The position numbers were made by a program, and so were the translations under genes. Source: Vicugna vicugna (taxonomy: Eukaryota). From it: a DNA stretch of 64,000 nucleotides. The notes under the pieces are model-generated. The model did no database searches. It worked only from the letters and a program-made list of their open reading frames with translations, and was not told where the DNA came from. Position 1 is the stretch's first letter. Each line of letters opens with the position of its first letter. This document shows, piece after piece, positions 61,951 to 64,000 of the stretch. Location of the stretch: the NCBI GenBank assembly GCA_013265495.1, contig MU058919.1, forward strand, positions 1,798,001 to 1,862,000. Reading direction: 5' to 3'.

Positions 61951-64000
61951 ACCTCTTGCTCTCCTGTTAATCACACCAGGAATGCCTGGTTGAGACCCAA
62001 ACATTTTTACACGAGAGCTCAGCTCCCACCCACTCACACACTGATTGATACATCCTCAATCTGAAACTTACAGTCAACATGAAATACCACTTCCTTCAAC
62101 AAGCACGGCCCCTACCCTGCCGCAGGCCATCGCCTCCCCCCACCCGCCTCCACCCCCCACGCACATACGCTCCACCGTCTCAGGAGAATAAGCTGTCCTG
62201 TAACCTGGGCTGCTGTTTCTCTGTCCATCGGGGTCACCAGGGGCTGGAATGCCTGTCTGCAGCTTGTTCGGGTGCCGCAGAGGGGCTTTCTCTGCACACA
62301 GCCGTACCCTTGGGGATAAGCAGCAGCCCACGGTCAGCACCCCCCTTCACGTGGACCAAGTGCTTGCCTGGGGCAGGGAACGATTCCGTCATGCACATGA
62401 GCTCCAGAAACTTTCCAGAGAGCTGTGGACCCCAGGAGCCATCACCCACAGAGTCATCACTACAGAGGGACCCTGCATACTGGCAAAGCAAGACACATGA
62501 CTGCAGGATTTCAGCAGGGACAATGGGAAACCTGAGTCTGGGGTGACACTGTAGGTCTCTGAGCCCCAGGTCTACTCGCGGGCCCCCTGTGTTGGCATAT
62601 GATCTCAGCATCAAGTTTTTTACTAATGAAAATTGAGATCTTAGCCCAGGTCATCAGAACCTCGGGAAGGGAGGACCACACCCCTATGTGTGCCAGAGAA
62701 ACGCTGGATGATGTGCTCAGTCATGGCCCAACCCTGGCCCCGCCAGGAGAGGGCCACGACTCCAACTGCTCTCCAACGGTGCTGCAAGAACCCCTCACCC
62801 CCTCCTCATGCAGGGCCCTAGAGCAGGAACACAGATCAGTAGAGACCCTCCCTGGCCAGGAACCCCAGGACGTCCAGGCAGGCTTGCTCATTCCAGACAC
62901 ATGGATGACAGAGTTCCGAGCCTCCGTGGCTGGTGATTCGACTTTGATTAGGACCAGCAGTCTTGAGGGGTGGGAGGTGGGGAACGTCACTAACACAGCA
63001 GAAAATGACCAAGCAGAATTCAGGGGCTAGGGTCTTGGCCCCGTGTAACCAGGACAAGGACAGACTTTGAAAACAGAACAAGTGGACTGGATGCACGATC
63101 TCTCTGGTCCTGCCCAGGAGCTGTGCTGAGATCTGGAAATTCTCAGGAGGAAAGGACAAGGGCTGAATCAACACCTCCTGGAGAAGGGCTCCTACGTGAG
63201 CTTGAATCTGCAGTTCAGGAATAAAACATAAACAAGAACCAAGAACCCAGAGCTCCAGCTGGGCCCCTCCTCCCCCTCCACAGAGAGCTGGCTGAGGCTC
63301 CAGCAGCATCTTCCCCACCGCCCCCACCTCAGCATCCTGGCTGTTTCTCATCTAGAGTTCCCCTGGAGATGAAAGGCCCAGCGTATCTTTCTCTAGGTTG
63401 TGGTTTCCGATGTTGGCAGCCGTGCCTCTAGCCTAAAAACTGGAGCAGGATCGCACGTCCCCAGTGCAGGCTGGCTGGAAACCCTGTACGAGCGATGACC
63501 AGGGCAGGCTGAGAGTGCAAGAGGATGCTCGGAGGCCAGCGCGCTCGGACCAGCGTGGCCATGACCCGATACCTCCACTGCTCAACCATCAGCAGTCAGA
63601 CCCACTGCAAGGTGTAGGCACCTGTTTCTGCGGGGAGGGAATACTTTCCCTTCTGTTTTGGGGGGAAGAAAGCTGTGTTGGCAGAAATGCAGCAGAAGCC
63701 TTAAAGGACTAGAAAGATGACTTCACCCAGCCCCGCCGGCCCACTAAAGCCACACTCAGATCACAATAGCCTGGTCCTGTAGGACACCTCGCAAGGCCCT
63801 GCCTTGAGTCACTAGCACCTGGGGAACCACAGCTCACCTTTCTCTGTGGCTTTGTGAGGCAGGTCAAGCTCCCACATCATTATCACAATCTGTCAAAATA
63901 ACACAGTGCACAAGCTTCTCTGGGTGCAGGCAGCCGGATCCGCTGTCATGTCTTTGCCAAACCACAGCCACCGCCACTTCACCATCATTTTACAGAATAA

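Larger units (their letters stand above)
8613..64000 (-). other. CTBP2: Large CTBP2 5'-UTR intron upstream of the first coding exon
   Basis: Ends at the AG acceptor at 8613. The rest is repeats and non-coding sequence with no recognisable protein homology. Alternative non-coding exons may lie inside it. Confidence 0.75.

Noticed and set aside
63838-63942. Possible constitutive upstream non-coding CTBP2 exon (strong AAG|GTGAGC donor)
   Set aside because: No pyrimidine-rich acceptor at a plausible distance. The upstream 5'-UTR exon probably lies beyond the window end.
1-64000. A previously undescribed multi-gene system, viral or organellar insertion, or processed pseudogene
   Set aside because: No segment shows foreign composition, operon-like ORFs, retroviral internal genes, mitochondrial sequence or an intronless gene copy. 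Everything seen fits a CTBP2 intron with ordinary repeats and candidate regulatory elements.

Overview
Mammalian genomic DNA, very likely camelid: two tRNA-derived SINEs match the Vic-1 type and a young L1 3' end matches the camelid pattern, both from recalled consensus. The window is GC-rich overall with AT-rich islands. It lies inside the 5' part of CTBP2 on the minus strand. The only coding sequence I can support is the 160-nt exon at 8453-8612. It has canonical splice sites, 102 nt of 5' UTR and 58 coding nt giving MALVDKHKVKRQRLDRICE(G), the NLS-bearing N-terminus of CtBP2. Bases 1-8452 and 8613-64000 are intron. They carry ordinary interspersed repeats (MaLR LTRs, MER20, old L1 3' ends, MIR, L2, camelid SINEs), microsatellites and several motif-dense non-repeat blocks. 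The other ORFs in the track look like noise from GC-rich intron. I found no CRISPR array, no bacterial-type system, no RNA gene and nothing I can honestly call a new biological system. The best leads are regulatory: (1) a CRX/OTX-type motif cluster at the left edge that may be the retina-specific RIBEYE promoter; (2) a 9-codon uORF upstream of the CtBP2 start; (3) two intronic promoter-like elements near 23.1 kb and 51 kb; (4) a 52-bp tandem duplication carrying MAF/SOX-like motifs; (5) a young L1 stub with a perfect 14-bp target-site duplication. Repeat subfamily names and boundaries are by eye and approximate.
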